Shown here in pieces: positions 13,107 to 26,855 of a stretch of DNA of 64,000 nt. The stretch is from Leucoraja erinacea (lineage: Eukaryota). The stretch covers positions 32,116,001 to 32,180,000 of the forward strand of contig NC_073402.1 in NCBI RefSeq assembly GCF_028641065.1, written 5' to 3'. Within the stretch, counting starts at the first letter, position 1; every line of letters starts with the position of its first letter. Both the position numbers and the translations under genes were made by a program. The notes under the pieces were generated by a model. The model saw only the letters and a list, made by a program, of their open reading frames with translations, did no database searches and was not told the DNA's origin.

Positions 13107-13310
13107 TACGTGTGCGATATCCTGTGGAGGGCCTTCTCCTGGTCCAAGCTGACTAGGCATAAATCTACGTCTTTCCTGCACATAGGCAATGGTATCTCAG
13201 ACTCGGCAGTGGCAGGCTGTCTGTGATGTTCTTGCCAGGTACAGCACAGGTTTGGTCCAGAGCAGACTTGACCTGGTTGGCGATGGCCTTCGACAGGTCG
13301 GGTCTTGTCC
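13107..13310 (-). mobile_element. Tx1/L1-type LINE RT fragment
   Basis: Two frames give [24 protein letters not shown] and DLCLVSLDQEKALHRISH, resembling the Tx1 RT motif ...LDQEKAFDRISH. Confidence 0.75.
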
Positions 13311-13582
13311 AGCACTGTGTGTGTGTGTCCAGCCCTGTGTGTGTGTCCAGCCCTGTGTGTGTGTGTGTGTCCAGCCCTGTGTGTGTGTGTGTGTCCACAC
13401 TATAGTAGACTACACTATAACAGCCCTGTGTGTGTGTGTGTGTGTCCAGCCCTGTGTGTGTGTGTGTGTGTGTGTCCAGCACTGTGTGTGTGTCCAGCCC
13501 TGTGTGTGTGTGTGTGTGTGTGTCCAGCCCTGTGTGTGTGTGTGTGTGTGTGTATGTGTGTCCAGCCGTGTGTGTGTGTGTC
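13307..13582. repeat. Compound (TG)n microsatellite punctuated by TCCAGCCC
   Basis: Direct reading; about 10 units of tccagccc(tg)n with variable n. Confidence 0.9.
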
Positions 13583-13729
13583 CTTCGCTGGTACACAAAA
13601 AAGCTGGAGAAACTCAGCGGGTGCAGCAGCATCTATGGAGCGAAGGAAATAGGCAACGTTTCGGGCCGAAACCCCTCTTCAGACAAGTGTCTTTCGCTGT
13701 CAGTCTGTCAGCCAGTCCCTGGTGTCTGC

Positions 13730-14530
13730 GAGCTTTTAAACTCCTATGTTCGTGACGTTGCATGATGGCGATCGCTGGCGAGACCGCGGGCTGTAAATAG
13801 GCGGCGAGGAGAGCGGGAGGAGCGGCAGTGGAGTGTCGGCGCCGGCAACAACAACAACAGCGGCAACAGCGGCGGGAGCGGACAGCCTGGAGTCTCAGTC
13901 TCCGTCTCCATCTCCTCACCAAATGGCGGCCGGTCCGAGCCTCACCTCCTGCACCAAGATGGCGGCGGCCACCCGCCCGCAAGCCGCGCTCCCATTTGTC
14001 GGCGCGCCGCTGTGACGCGCCTGCCTTCTAGTGGGTTCCATGCGGCGGGAGGGCTGAGGCGCGTGCGCACTGACCCCCTGTCCCGTCCCGTCCCGTCCCG
14101 TCCCGCTCGGTGCCGCCATGTCTCGGTACGCCCGTCCGCCCAATAGTTCCCTCTTCGTTAGGAATGTGGGCGACTGCACCAGGTGAGGGGGGAGAGGGGG
14201 ATGTGAGGGTCGGGGTGTGGGCGCGGGTACCGCGGGGGAGAGGGAGAGGGAGGGAGGGAGGGGGGTGTGTGTGTCTCCCACCCCCACCCCCACACCATGA
14301 GGCGCCGCCACCGCAAGGCCGCAGCCTCGGCGCCCCTTGTCCCCGGGCCAGGATGGGCAGCGTCCAGCCCCAGGGCCCACGGTGTTTCCTGCAGGTCCAG
14401 GCGGGGCTCCGGGACCGGGGGGGAGGGGGGTGAGTGTGTACCCCCAGCCCCATGTTAACTACCCTGGCAGGGAGGGCTCTCCGTCACCTCCTCTCTCTGG
14501 AGCTGTGGGCATTAGGGGCCGAGAATAAAG
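13730..14530 (+). promoter_or_regulatory. CpG-island promoter of SRSF10 with YY1-type and CRE-like motifs
   Basis: CpG-rich; aaatggcggc at 13921 and aagatggcggc at 13956 (YY1-type); tgacgt at 13753; spans exon 1. Confidence 0.7.
14118..14182 (+). CDS. SRSF10: SRSF10 coding exon 1
   Basis: Kozak gccgccATG; MSRYARPPNSSLFVRNVGDCT(R); donor AG|GTGAGG; 65 nt. Confidence 0.95.
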
Positions 14531-16926
14531 AGCGCGGTTAAAGTAGGACGTCCCTGGTCTGGTGGTTTGGAATTGGAGGGATTTTATCTGCATTGTGGTC
14601 TACATCGGCTGCATGAAGTGCACGTTTCGGTATTAACCTGATCTCCCTCCAAAAAATGTACCAAAGAATATCTGCAATTTAAAATGTTAACTTTTTCGAA
14701 AAATAAACATCTTGTGGTTTTAAAAGTTTTTGAAATATGAGGATTAGAGGGTGTATTTTAGGGGAAAAAATTCCATATTTTCATTTTAATGTAAATTTAT
14801 TTAGTGTTTAGTATATTTGCAGATCTGTCAATGGGAGTGTGGAAGGTCCTCTTTCTTAAATTATTGAATTGTATATCAATCTTTGGTCATGTTATTATGT
14901 TCATTTTAGATTTGGGACCACAATTTAAAAAGTACAAATGTTGGATTTTAGAAATGCTGATGTTTATCTTAAAGGTGTATAGCTTTGGTTAATTGTTCCA
15001 AAAGACAAATGTGTATCATATTAAAAAGGTCTATGTAAAGGTTTTGCATACTACAGCACCTAAAATTCTCCATTATTTGACAACTAAGGGGAACGCAGCT
15101 CTTATCATGCAACATGAATGACTATTAATCTAAGAACCTTGTTTTTTGGATATAACCATGTTAACAAATTGGGAGAAGCATGATTATAATTATCATAAAT
15201 TTTGCAAAACGTTAAAAATTGAATTTAACACCGTGAAAATGTTTAGTTTAGTGTCAGCACTCTTTAAATTTATGTAACTAGGCTTTTAGCATGTTCCAAA
15301 TCATGTGGCTCTCTATGCCCCATTAATGCTTCCTTTTTAAAGCTTCAGTGAAGGGAAAATATGCATTATTTGTGGGTATCCTATCCTTTGGGTGGTTTTT
15401 CGGGATGGAGTGCACTAATAGGAATCAAATAGATCATAGTTGATCCAACTTTGTACAAAACCGATCTGTAGAAGGATGCGTGTGTTACATGTGTGTGCAG
15501 TAGAATCCTGATCTGGATGTGCTGCAGCTCCCCAACTGGTATTTGGTACCTTTATTGGGAGTAAAAGCTTAAAGAAAGTTTTGTTTTGGTTTATCCTTGC
15601 AGTAACCCTTTTCAGATTGGATTTAACATCAAAGATGCTTAATGTTCCTTAATGTGTTAATTCTATTTTTTTTATTTATTTTTTTTAAGTCCAATGGGTT
15701 GAAAGGGAAGTTTTTAAAATTTAGTTGTGCTGAATAGTAATTAGTTTCAAGCAAAACCTAGAACTGCAGATGCTGGAGGGTTGAAATAAATACAGCGAGA
15801 ACGCGTGTAGCAAGTTTGACCGCATCCGATGAAAGGGAAAAAGTTCATATTTCCGATCGGTGATTCTTCAACTTTTAATTCAAGCTTGTTGCCTCAAAGA
15901 ACAGCTTGCTGGGTATTTAGATATTATGAACGTTTGGAATTACTGCTCAGTAGATACTTTATAGTAAAAGTTTAAAAGGCTATTTGGGTAGTTCTGCTAT
16001 AACGTGTTTCCATAACATGAGGTGGATATAATGCAACAATTAATTTGTATTATGCATGCTGAAATTGTTATGGTGTGATATTTTCCAAGTTCTTAAAATA
16101 ATCAGACATTGTTGTCCCTTAGAATATAACTGCACTGCAGGAAATTGCCAGGAATCACTTCTATTGACACCTGTACAATGATACTTTGCTCAAATATGTA
16201 TTATATAGCATTCACTATTTTTGCATGCAGTGACAAAAATCATAGTAATTTTTTTTCTGAAAATTCTACAGAGAAAAATAATTGGGTCTGAAACTGAAAC
16301 TCCCCCTCCTTCCCATTGACATAATTCTTTTTATGACACCACTTTCTATAGCACACGGTTTCTTAGGAAAGCAGCTATCGCGTTATCGCAGAACTACCTG
16401 TAGTGTTCGATGGAATATTAATAAAATGCCCAAATATATCCCACAGAGAGCTTCAGATCATCTATGCAGATAAATAGAACCCAATTGCTGGATTAGGTGA
16501 CATGTATGGCTATTCCTTTGTTCCATTTATGGTATAATGAGCTATCAATGTATGCACCTACACAGTTAACGTTAATCACTGCAACTAGTCATGCCTAATT
16601 AAGATTGCTGATTAAACAATTGAAATCTGGCACAAATTTCAATGATACAAGATAAATTTGGACATTTAGTTCCAGATGGTTCAGGAAGGACCATATAGCT
16701 AGAAAAAGCAATATTCAGGTGTCAAATTATTTAGACCTCAAAATGCTTGGGGTAAATTGATAAATCCAGCAGAACCGTTAATCTACCGTTAAACCAGCAT
16801 TAAAGCAATATAATTGAAAATGGCTCGAGCCTTTCACTCACCTGAAAACCAGCAAATTGACTGGTTCTATTCCTCTCATAATTTTCGCGTTGATTTGATG
16901 TTCCAAAATTTGAGATGATAAAATAA

Positions 16927-17163
<237 letters not shown>

Positions 17164-18034
17164 TGAGCGAAGCAGAGATACTAAATCTTTTTGGTTTGAT
17201 GCATTTGAATGTCTTATTATTTTAGTTTCGTAAAGTGTTATTCCTTTGGAAATTGGTGGAGATAAGATACTATGTTGGGGTGTGTGTGCAATCATGTATA
17301 CAGGCTCCATTGTTTACAGCGGGCATATTCATGCATTCTCGATTTTCCCATGTATGTGATGGTTGCTGTAATCAGTATGGGTATGTGTGAATGGAAATAT
17401 GTCATGGCCGATTTTGAAGTATCTACAGATAAATTTAAAAACAATGTCATTTTCTTTGTAACTTAACACCTATACAATCTAATTGAAGGAACATTGATTT
17501 TGCATCACAGGAGCAGATATGTACTCCATATGTTCCTTGCATATAATATGGGTTAATAATTTTTAATTAATATTGCTAGCAAATGTGTGATCCCATTTGC
17601 CCTGATTGTCTGTTCCTTGAACCTCATAAACATAGCTTAAATATGTGAATCTAAATGAATAGGCGCCGATTTTAATGTAATTCACAAGAATCATACAATT
17701 TATTTCCACATAGTGGAACTTTAGTTATTTCACACTGAAAATAGGTTTTAATTGCTAAGATTATTAAAACGGGTCTAAATCCAATTTTAAACTCTTAACC
17801 AAATTTGAAATTGAAATTTACTGATTAATCTGACACCATCAGAACTTTGGGGTGAACAGGCAGGTTTTTGCAGAACTATTGGGTATTACTGCTATTGATA
17901 TAAATTCTTTAAACTTTTTTAAAATGTTGTACAATGGTATATTCTTCCAGTGAGCTTAAAGGAAAATTGGGCGTGGAGCTCAGTGGGCTTAAAGGGAACA
18001 TGAGGCATGGGGATACAGTCATTGGTCACAAGTG

Positions 18035-18360
18035 ATGGGAGCAGAATTAGGCTATTCGGCCCATGAAGCCTACTCCGCCATTCAATCATGGCTGAACTAT
18101 CTCCTTCCTAAACCCATTCTCCTGCCTTCTCCCCAGAACCTCTGACACACGTACCAATCAAGAATCTATCTATCGCCGTCTTAAAAATTGACTTGGCTTC
18201 CAGCCTTCTATGGCAAAGAATTCTGCAGATTCACCGCCATTCTTCCATCTCCTTCCTAACGGAATGTCCTTTAATTCTGAGGCTATGACATCTATCCTAG
18301 ACTCTCCCACTAGTGGAACCATTCCATCCAAGTCTTTTACTATTCATTAAGTTTCAATGA
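18035..18360 (-). mobile_element. CR1-type LINE 3' fragment
   Basis: gagcagaattaggctattcggcccat...ccattcaatcatggctga, the same family as 38165-38798 and 52215-52578. Confidence 0.7.
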
Positions 18361-21300
18361 GTCGAGTCAGAGTCATTGAGTCAAGCTTCAATACAGTGAG
18401 ACAGATGCCGAATGATTAGGATATCTCTTGAATGTTTCTAAAAGAGCATTTCAATTGACAGTTTCGATGGTTTACCTGAAATATTGATAAAAGGCCAGTT
18501 CATAATTGAATGTAGTCTATTTAATTGTGGAAATCGAGAGAAATAAATGCTCAGTACCAGGAATCAGAACTGATTACTTGGTGGCATTTATCAGTTTACT
18601 GGAAAAGGTGTGGGATTGCATGTTTCGAATGTGGAATGGCATGTTGTGCATTTCATTTGAGACCTGAATTGAATTGAACACATTCAATCCAGTTTTTAGT
18701 TGCTCAGCTGCAACGTACTACAACTCATTGTAGCAACTAATGCTGGTGCATCCTTCAGCAGAGTTTTTCCAAGTACTGTCTGCCTTTGTTCTTTAAAATG
18801 TTACCATTGTGGATTTGCCGAGTGGCAGCAAAGTAACGTTGCCATTATTGTGATGTGCTGACATAGCTAGATGTTGAGGATAGATGTTTAAACGAACATG
18901 GAAAGGACCATACAAGCAGATTGTTTTGGTTGTGATAATGTTGAGCTTTATATAGAAATTGGATCCACCCAGACAGTAGGTTCTTTTAAGGCTTTGAGAG
19001 TTGAGTTGCTCTGCTTTTTGAGAAATATTCAGCGTTTGACCTGGAGCAAGTATGGCATTTGTCACAGATCCCGTTGAGCTCTAGTTGATATTGAGCCCAA
19101 TGGGGGTTTATTGTGGAATTTCTCTTGAGTGCCATGCCAATGGTTATACTTGCCGTTAACAGCTCAGATCAGTTTTTGCATTGAGGATTAAACAGAGAAA
19201 TTCTTTCAGTGCTTCTAGATCATGCAAATCAGCCTAAAGAAAAGGTGCAAGGAGCAGAAATAGCCCCTTTAGATACATGAAGTCCATAGCTTAGTGATTT
19301 AAGTGCTTGCATTAGTGTATGCCTCTACCACTCACTACCCCAGACAGGACATGCCAGATTCCAGCCCATGTTTGTGTTAAATAATTTCCTGTAAATGTCC
19401 TACCACTTATTTATAATCATCTTGGTGCAAAGTATGTCACTAATGTGAAGAATTTCTTTTTTTTTTTTACTGCTACAACTGTTCAAATATAGTTTTAAAA
19501 GAAACTCAATTTGGCCTTGGTGGAATCTATAATGAGCATTAGTGAGTATTGTTAATTGTATTGCTTTTATTTATTAGGTTTTTGGATGATGGTCTCGAGG
19601 CTGACTGGGCCTTAATTTTACAGTTTAGAGTGCCATGGTTTTTGTCACCAGGCCATAGTTGAGGGTGTTAACAAGCTTCATTTACCAATGTGGAATTGTT
19701 AATGAACATCCTAGCTATAGACACTGCAAATAATGGTATCCGCAAAGTTTGGGTTATATTATGGCCCATTCTATATTCCATTAAAGCATTATTTTTCTAT
19801 TCAGCAGGGAAACTAAAATTGTGATAATAAAATTCAAATTGACAAATCTAAAGTATTTTGCAGTACAATGGATTTGTATTATTTCCCTTGGCAGCACCAA
19901 CCATGTTGCAAGACAACAAATGGTGTGGTGTGCAGTACAGGCTAGCTGTGCGTAATCAGAGTTCGTTAGAATGTAGCTACTGCGTGAACATTTTAGTCTC
20001 GAGCTGTTTTAAAGTACCTGACACTTCAATTTTACTGCCCAGAAAACCTTGGCACATATATCATTCATCTTGTGTTACTCTGTGCTAATCATGTTGCATT
20101 CATTCTGGGTTGTATGCATGGGTAATATTAGTCCAATGTTGTATATAATGGTTATTTAGATTTAAAACTCACTTTCTAGGTTACAAAAGGCTAAAATATC
20201 TATTACTGTGCCTCTGAAATAAAGCAATTTTCTGCTAATTGTTTTGAATTCAAAGAAATTCATCCCTAGCAAGTTCTCCTTTGGATTAATGGGCACAATT
20301 TTTTATTTTGAATACATTTGCATCCTTGCACGTTTGAATGTGAACATGGGATGTGCTTAATATACCATTAATAAATTATGGGATCTAAATAGGATTACCT
20401 CTGGAGTTTCTTGTCTCCTAAAACATCAATTCGTTTAACTTTGTCATTGTTCTAGTGCATTGATATTATGTGCTGTGAACTAGGTGCAAATGCAAAGTGA
20501 AAAATGAAAATTCTTCTTCCTACAATTATACATAATTTTATTTCAGAAAATATATTTTAGCATGCACTTTCATTAACATTGAGATTGAATTAACGTTTTG
20601 AAAATTCAAAACTAAAATGGCAGATTACACTGTTTTGGGAGGTTTTTCTTTGGGGGAAGATGACCTTAAACTAATCTAATGAATTATATTTTACGAAATA
20701 TTATATTGTTATGACTGCTAAAATGTTTACGGCAGCTGACAAACTAAATTAGAATTAAATATTTTTGGCATCTTGGAACCTATATCTTTTTCACGCAGTT
20801 AAATAATTATTTTTTTTGTACACCAGTCCTGTGGACATCATAATTTTGAAAATTTGAACAAATTAGAGCTTCTTCCATTTCCTTAATTTTTTTGCTTCAA
20901 GTTTGATTTAAAGTCTGATTATATAAATCACTTTATTTGCCTAAAGTCTGCTTTAGTATTTAAAAAATTAAATGCAGACCTAATCTACAGTTGATTTCAT
21001 TTTGAATTCATGACATGTTAGGTCATCTGGCTAATAATTTTTCATTTTTAATGAAATAATATAGTAGGAAAACTAAAATCCAGTAACATTGAGTAAAAGT
21101 GTGGGGAGAAACTGATCTTGCTGGGGAAAAAAGTAAAATGTTGCATTCCCTATTACTAATTCCAATCATGGTAAGTATTCTTAGATAGCCATTAAAGTAC
21201 AGTCAGTTGAAGGTGTGTGTTTTTAATGTTCATTGCATATAACTTGGGTATTAAAATACTACATTCATAGATGTTAGTTTGCTCTAAATCCTGTGACTAG

Positions 21301-21666
21301 CAGGACTTGGTTGGAAGCTTAGAGCTGTTGATATGTTTCCACATAATGTAAACGTATTGTACTGATTTGTGTGGCTTGTGTTCTATTGTTATCATGGTGG
21401 TTGTAGGAACTGCTAGTGCTGGTTTGTATTGCACACCAGTATTACTTTTTCTAACAACTTTTTCTATTTATATGCCACTGTAAGTACTTAACCATAAGTT
21501 TGAATAATGAAAAATATGATGGGTAGATTTAAGTTGTTTGTAAAATGTACCTGCTGGTGACTTTTGTGGCTAGTTTTGGAGGTAGTCAAAAAATGATTTC
21601 AAACCCTGCATGTTTGTCTCTTTATACCCATCCCCTGACATAATTTTTTTGTTGTTGTTGCCTCAG

Positions 21667-22301
21667 AAATTTTAAAGCATTCCGCTGTAACTGGCGATCC
21701 CACAAAGAGTATGAAAGAGCCTTTAGATAGAAATCCAAGCATAAGACAAGCAGACAAGCCAAAGACCTCTTAAGGATCAGGCTTGAAGAAAAGAGAGGGA
21801 GGGTGAAAAAGATTAAAGCTTGAAGAGGGAAAAGTCAAGGCCTCGATTTGTCCGCAATTGGAAAAAGGTTGTTTTGTCAAAGTCAAGTGTCTTATTTGGG
21901 CCAGCGCCTCATGTCAAGTCCTTCTGGCAAGCACTTAAAGAGTTAAAGGTCAAGCTGACGGTGCAAGGTCAAGTTTACAGCCAAATTTAAGGTAACCGGC
22001 AAAGTCCTGATATTGTATCCTACTGTAGTGAAAACAATTAATTCGCTCTTTAAATGTTTTGATTGTGATTTTTACAAACTTAAATGATCCTTATGTAATA
22101 CAAATCTGTAAAACGTTTAATTCATAATTCATAGTCTCAGTATTGCTGCTGATAAATTCTTTTTTTTAATTTTCATTTGTTATATTTGTTTGTAATGTTT
22201 GCAACCATTTATTTTTCCAACTACATTGGCTTGACAGGAGATGATGGGTTTAAATGCTCTTGTGATGAGTCCATTTTCCATCATGTGCTTCCAAAAATAA
22301 A
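21667..22301 (+). other. Candidate unproductive alternative exon of SRSF10 with GA-rich enhancer
   Basis: U-rich tract plus cctcAG at 21665-21666; purine-rich body with AGACAAG x2, AAAGAC, GCTTGAAGA x2 and six GTCAA; possible donor AAG|GTAACC at 21992; AATAAA at 22296. Inferred by analogy with mammalian Srsf10 exon 3. Confidence 0.55.
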
Positions 22302-23034
22302 ATTCCTGTCAATTAATGCTCCCCCTTTTTAAAAAAAAAAAAAAAAAAAAAGTGTATTTTTGGATTTCTCAAGCTTGAGTAGTTTTGTTTCTGTTTAAAG
22401 CTATTTAACTGCCACTCCTTAATCAACTAGGTGCTGCAAAACTATAATTGCGAGTGCCATTGTGACTTGACCTAGTAAATGTAAAGCAGAGTTGGCATTC
22501 ATTGGTGGATGCCTGCAACCTGTCAGCACCTGTATATTGTGGGAGGCATTTGCCTTCTGGGCAGGGTTTTATCCCCTTGTGTGATCACTACCGTGGCACA
22601 TGACTGGTGTTTCCCTGGTCCAAGATGCATTTTACTGCAGTGAAGCTGTTTTGATGCTTTGACCAGCAGTGTATTATTGTTTTATATTTATAACTTACTT
22701 AATTTTGTTTGCATAATTTTGCTAAATCTAATTAATGAAGACAAACAGTGGTGATTGGATACAGCCTGACAATTAATTTGGGATGTAATATTGTAGATTA
22801 GTTTTGATTTTATCGTTTAGATGTAATTGATATAACAATTTTGATTCATTGTAAAATTAGTAAACTTGTATGTGTATTTTAAGGAATAGACCGATAATGG
22901 AACTTTAGCATCTTATGCAATTTTATTTAAGAACTAGCTTTCTAGATTTTTGGCAAAGCATTGTTGTGGCTGAAAATGTGTATTAAAGATTGTAGGATTT
23001 GTTCGCAACCTGTGAAAGTGAAAAGCCCCCTTAA

Positions 23035-23214
<180 letters not shown>

Positions 23215-23781
23215 TAGCTTAGGCAGCTGTTTCACTGAAAGCTTGTATTCTGCGTCCTCCAAGGCCTGCTAGCTCTCCTTCCCACTCCCATATCAACCTT
23301 TTTGTCCTGGGCCTCCATTGCCAGTGAGGCCACTAAAAATGGAAAGCATGGCACTTCGTGGTCTGCTTGAGAAGCCCACAATCCACAGACATTTCAAGTA
23401 TACCCCAACCCATCCCTGCCCTAGTACGCGCACATTTCTCCTGCGTCTATCATACATCGTCTGCACATTTGCTCCTGACCAGCTGAGTTCCACCAGGAAT
23501 TTGTTTGCTCAAATTGAATGTATTTTTGAATTTAAATTTGAACTTTCTGCTATGCAAGGTCGCAAGAGGGGGTAAAAACACCTCCATGCCTTCTAGTCCT
23601 CCTTGTTTCATCTAAATCTCTTTCCAGCATAGTAATTTCTGAAAGTTGTGCTTTTAAGTTTTTTACATGTTTTTCATGTTTATTTGAGGCAAAAATGTAT
23701 TGCACGTCATAGACGGTAAGACTTTTTGATTCTTTATTTCTGACCTTGCATTTCTGCAAATCCTGACTTGAATAATTCCAG

Positions 23782-23953
23782 CACCTGGTCAGATGAAGTC
23801 AAAGGAACGAAGGTCCTCGCGAAGCTCACCTCGCTATGATCGTTACGATGACTATGATCGGAGGAGGCGGTCCAGAAGTCGCAGCTATGACCGGAGGAGG
23901 TCACGAAGTCGTTCATATGATCGCAGTCACAGGAGGTCTGACAGCCCGAAAAA
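23782..23953 (+). CDS. SRSF10: SRSF10 coding exon 4 (start of RS domain)
   Basis: ccag|CA; TPGQMKSKERRSSRSSPRYDRYDDYDRRRRSRSRSYDRRRSRSRSYDRSHRRSDSPK; donor GTAGGT; phase consistent. Confidence 0.92.
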
Positions 23954-24035
23954 GTAGGTGGTAATGACAACATTGTGCTTGACCCAAATTCAATGGAATC
24001 GCTTTCAGTTGTTTAACTGTGTCTCTTGTTGCTAG

Positions 24036-24095
24036 CTCACGGAGCAGATCCAGTGGAAAGCGCAGACGCAGCCGCAGTAACTCCTTCAATGACAG
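24036..24095 (+). CDS. SRSF10: SRSF10 coding exon 5
   Basis: gctag|C; NSRSRSSGKRRRSRSNSFND(R); donor AG|GTATGG; 60 nt. Confidence 0.88.
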
Positions 24096-25061
24096 GTATG
24101 GGCAAGTGGACTGCATTGACTGCTACACATGTTTCTGTTAAAGTTTCTAGATTTAACAACTTAGCACTGTTAAGTAACTACATTAATCAGTGAGGTCTTT
24201 AACTTACCTAGCCTGAATAAGTTGGGTGTACAGTAAGCTAGAGACTGAACTTGTGAGAACTCAATCAACATTGGATCACATTGAAACTGTTGTAAAAGAG
24301 TGCAGTAGGGAAGGATAGCCATGTTTCTGCATTAACCAGAGAGTCGTGTTCTTGTATCCTGGCAATCAGCACCAAAGGACCAAGAAATTGGTTTAAAGTG
24401 GCTGAGTAAACATGAGTTCACTGGTGAGACATTAAAATTTTTGCTTGGATGTAGAAAAGACTAGTGAGGGTAAATGTAAATGCAATGTATATTTTGCTAA
24501 TAGAGAAAGAACAAGGCAGGGGTATTAATAACTGCTTCAAGTTGGTCTTCGCAGGAGAAGTGAGACAGGGTCTGCTAGACATATTAGCCAACCATGGCAT
24601 GAGTAACAATCAGAAATTAATGTTGGTTAAAAAATAAAGCAGTTAAGTTGGTGAGCTTTAGAGCTAATAAACAAGTTATCATGTGGGTCTGAGTCCTTGT
24701 GTATACTTTAGGCCAAGGTAAATGTCTAATGAGTAGAGGCTTGTGGGACAAAATGCCGAAAATTGGAAATGTAATGTTGGATCAACATTCTCGTATTTTA
24801 TTTAGTCTGAAGAAGGGTCCTGACCTGAAATGTCATCTGTCTGTCCCCCTCCACAGATATGACTGACCCTCTGAATTCCTCCAGCACTTTGTCTTTTGCT
24901 CAAGCCAATTATGTTGTTGAATAGTGTGAAGAGGCCACAGAATGAAAATGAAGATGCTGGAAATTGCTATTTTACCTACTTGCAGGAATGATTACATTTC
25001 AGTGCTTTAGTCACCAATTTTGAAAGATGCTCTAGAAATGTAATTCCATCTTTTCCCTTAG

Positions 25062-25284
25062 GCATAGACGTCGGCACCGTTCTTACACCAGATCAAGATC
25101 CAGGTCGAGGTCAAGATCTAGATCACGATCCAGGTCTAAATCAGTATCAAGATCAAAATCAGCATCCAGAAAGGAATCGAAGACACGATCACAATCAAGA
25201 TCATGTACCCACTCGAGATCGGGGTCTAGGTCTAAATCCAGGTCGATGAGTGCCCACAAGTCTGACAGTCACCATGAAGACTGA
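25062..25284 (+). CDS. SRSF10: SRSF10 last coding exon (RS domain, stop)
   Basis: ttttcccttag|G; RHRRRHRSYTRSRSRSRSRSRSRSRSKS...SAHKSDSHHED*; summed CDS 729 nt = 242 aa. Confidence 0.9.
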
Positions 25285-25350
25285 AACAGTGGAATGGCAT
25301 CCATTTTCAGCTTCCATTTGTGCTTCTTTTTTTTTATTTTATTTTTTTCT

Positions 25351-25406
<56 letters not shown>
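25351..25406. repeat. 56-nt G homopolymer in the SRSF10 3' UTR
   Basis: Direct reading; length may be an assembly artefact. Confidence 0.8.
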
Positions 25407-25407
<1 letters not shown>

Positions 25408-26831
25408 CTTGTAGATGTTAAGAGAAGGTGGGTACTGTTTTATGACTACAAGAAAATCTAGTGTGAAAGACTAATTTGTTGAAGGTGCTTGAAAGATTTC
25501 AGCCACGATTTTAAACCGAATGGTGCAGTAACTACAACTAGTTAATTAAAGTCCCGTTAACATTGGTATTATTCATTAGTTCATTGAAACTCTTTCACAA
25601 TTTTGCTTTTAGGCAATTTTAGAGTTTGATCAATGACTATGCTGTGTTGTTTTTTTTTAAATAAAGCAGTGCCCTCTAAACTGTGCAACGAAACATACTA
25701 AATTGTTTTTGCAGTTAATATTCAATTGGATTAATAAAACTGCTGGTACAAATCAAACTGTGTGAATTAGAAATTTGTAAAGGCTGTTAACAAGTCACGA
25801 ACAGTGCTGTATTCATTAACATAATGAGAATTTTATTATATCTTTCAATTTGTTGCCTGAAGTTCAATTTCAGGAATCACTTTGCTTGACTGATCACTTT
25901 AAGCACAATCAGAAAGTTGCAGCAATTTGCTGTCCAGACTCTTGTTCCGTTTGTGTGCATTGATGCAATGCAGTGATCGGGCATGCTTCCTGTAATATTG
26001 ATTTGTGTATTTTGCATGACTGCTTTTTGTTTCATTCTTGGCTGTAAAGATAATTTGCTAACATTGTTGCAGAAACTACATTTATTTGAATGTAAGAAAA
26101 CTACAGAAACTGGAGAATTTAGGCTTACTGAACAGCTGAGAAAGTGATCAAAAAACTTATTTTCTTTCATGTAGAAGCTTGTAAAAAAAGGGATTTTTAT
26201 ACTGTCTTTTTAATAAAAGCCGTTTGTAACAGTTCATCTATAGTATAAATGTTTTCAGTTAAGCTTTAAAATACCAAGTTGTGTAGCTTTTTGCATGGAT
26301 AGAAAGATGTGACATTTTAAATGGTATTGATCTTTCAGGGCGTGTTGCTTTGAAGTACAAGTAACAGTCGTATAATCTAAAGAATTTGCATTTGGGGCCC
26401 GAGAAGTCACATTTACCCATTCACATTGGGAGAAACGAAACTGGGTGAAAATTGGCGCAAGTGGCCTGATCAGCTGCCGTAACTTGCAGATGTATCAAAT
26501 TGAGGCTCTACAACTACAAGTTGCTGGTTATCCTTTTAATTTGTGCCATTTTAGGGATCTGGCCAGGATATATACAGACTGCCTTGCCTTTTGAGGCCTG
26601 GTTTGATTCCTGTCTTGACAACCAGATTTTTGTGCTTGTGAAGGCCACAAATACAGACTATGCTTTTCATTACTTTTTTAGAGTTTGGTTTAAGATATGC
26701 AGTACAAAAACTCTCCTTGTAAACTTAGCACAGGTTCAGAATTGAAGCTAACGACATCTTGAGTTTTGGGGACAACTTGTGTAAGTCGTACTCATTCTTT
26801 TTGTTCATAGCTGACTGTAACTTCATTTGTA

Positions 26832-26855
26832 AATAAACCTCTGCTGTATAATAAA
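26832..26855 (+). terminator. Candidate distal SRSF10 polyadenylation signals
   Basis: AATAAA at 26832 and 26850 followed by a U-rich downstream element; other AATAAA sites occur further upstream in the UTR. Confidence 0.5.

Noticed and set aside
13165-13765. His/Thr- and Cys/Val-rich ORFs
   Set aside because: Translations of the (TG)n microsatellite.
13614-14528. Overlapping ORFs around SRSF10 exon 1
   Set aside because: Stop-poor CpG island; no recognisable protein other than the SRSF10 exon.
22416-22430. Second U12-like branch site TCCTTAAT with nearby AC/AG
   Set aside because: Acceptor spacing is too short, no homologous exon follows, and similar words occur by chance at ~15645 and ~20880.
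26339-26375. Possible alternative last exon equivalent to the short mammalian SRSF10 isoform
   Set aside because: An acceptor exists, but the peptide shows no similarity to the mammalian short C-terminus as I recall it.
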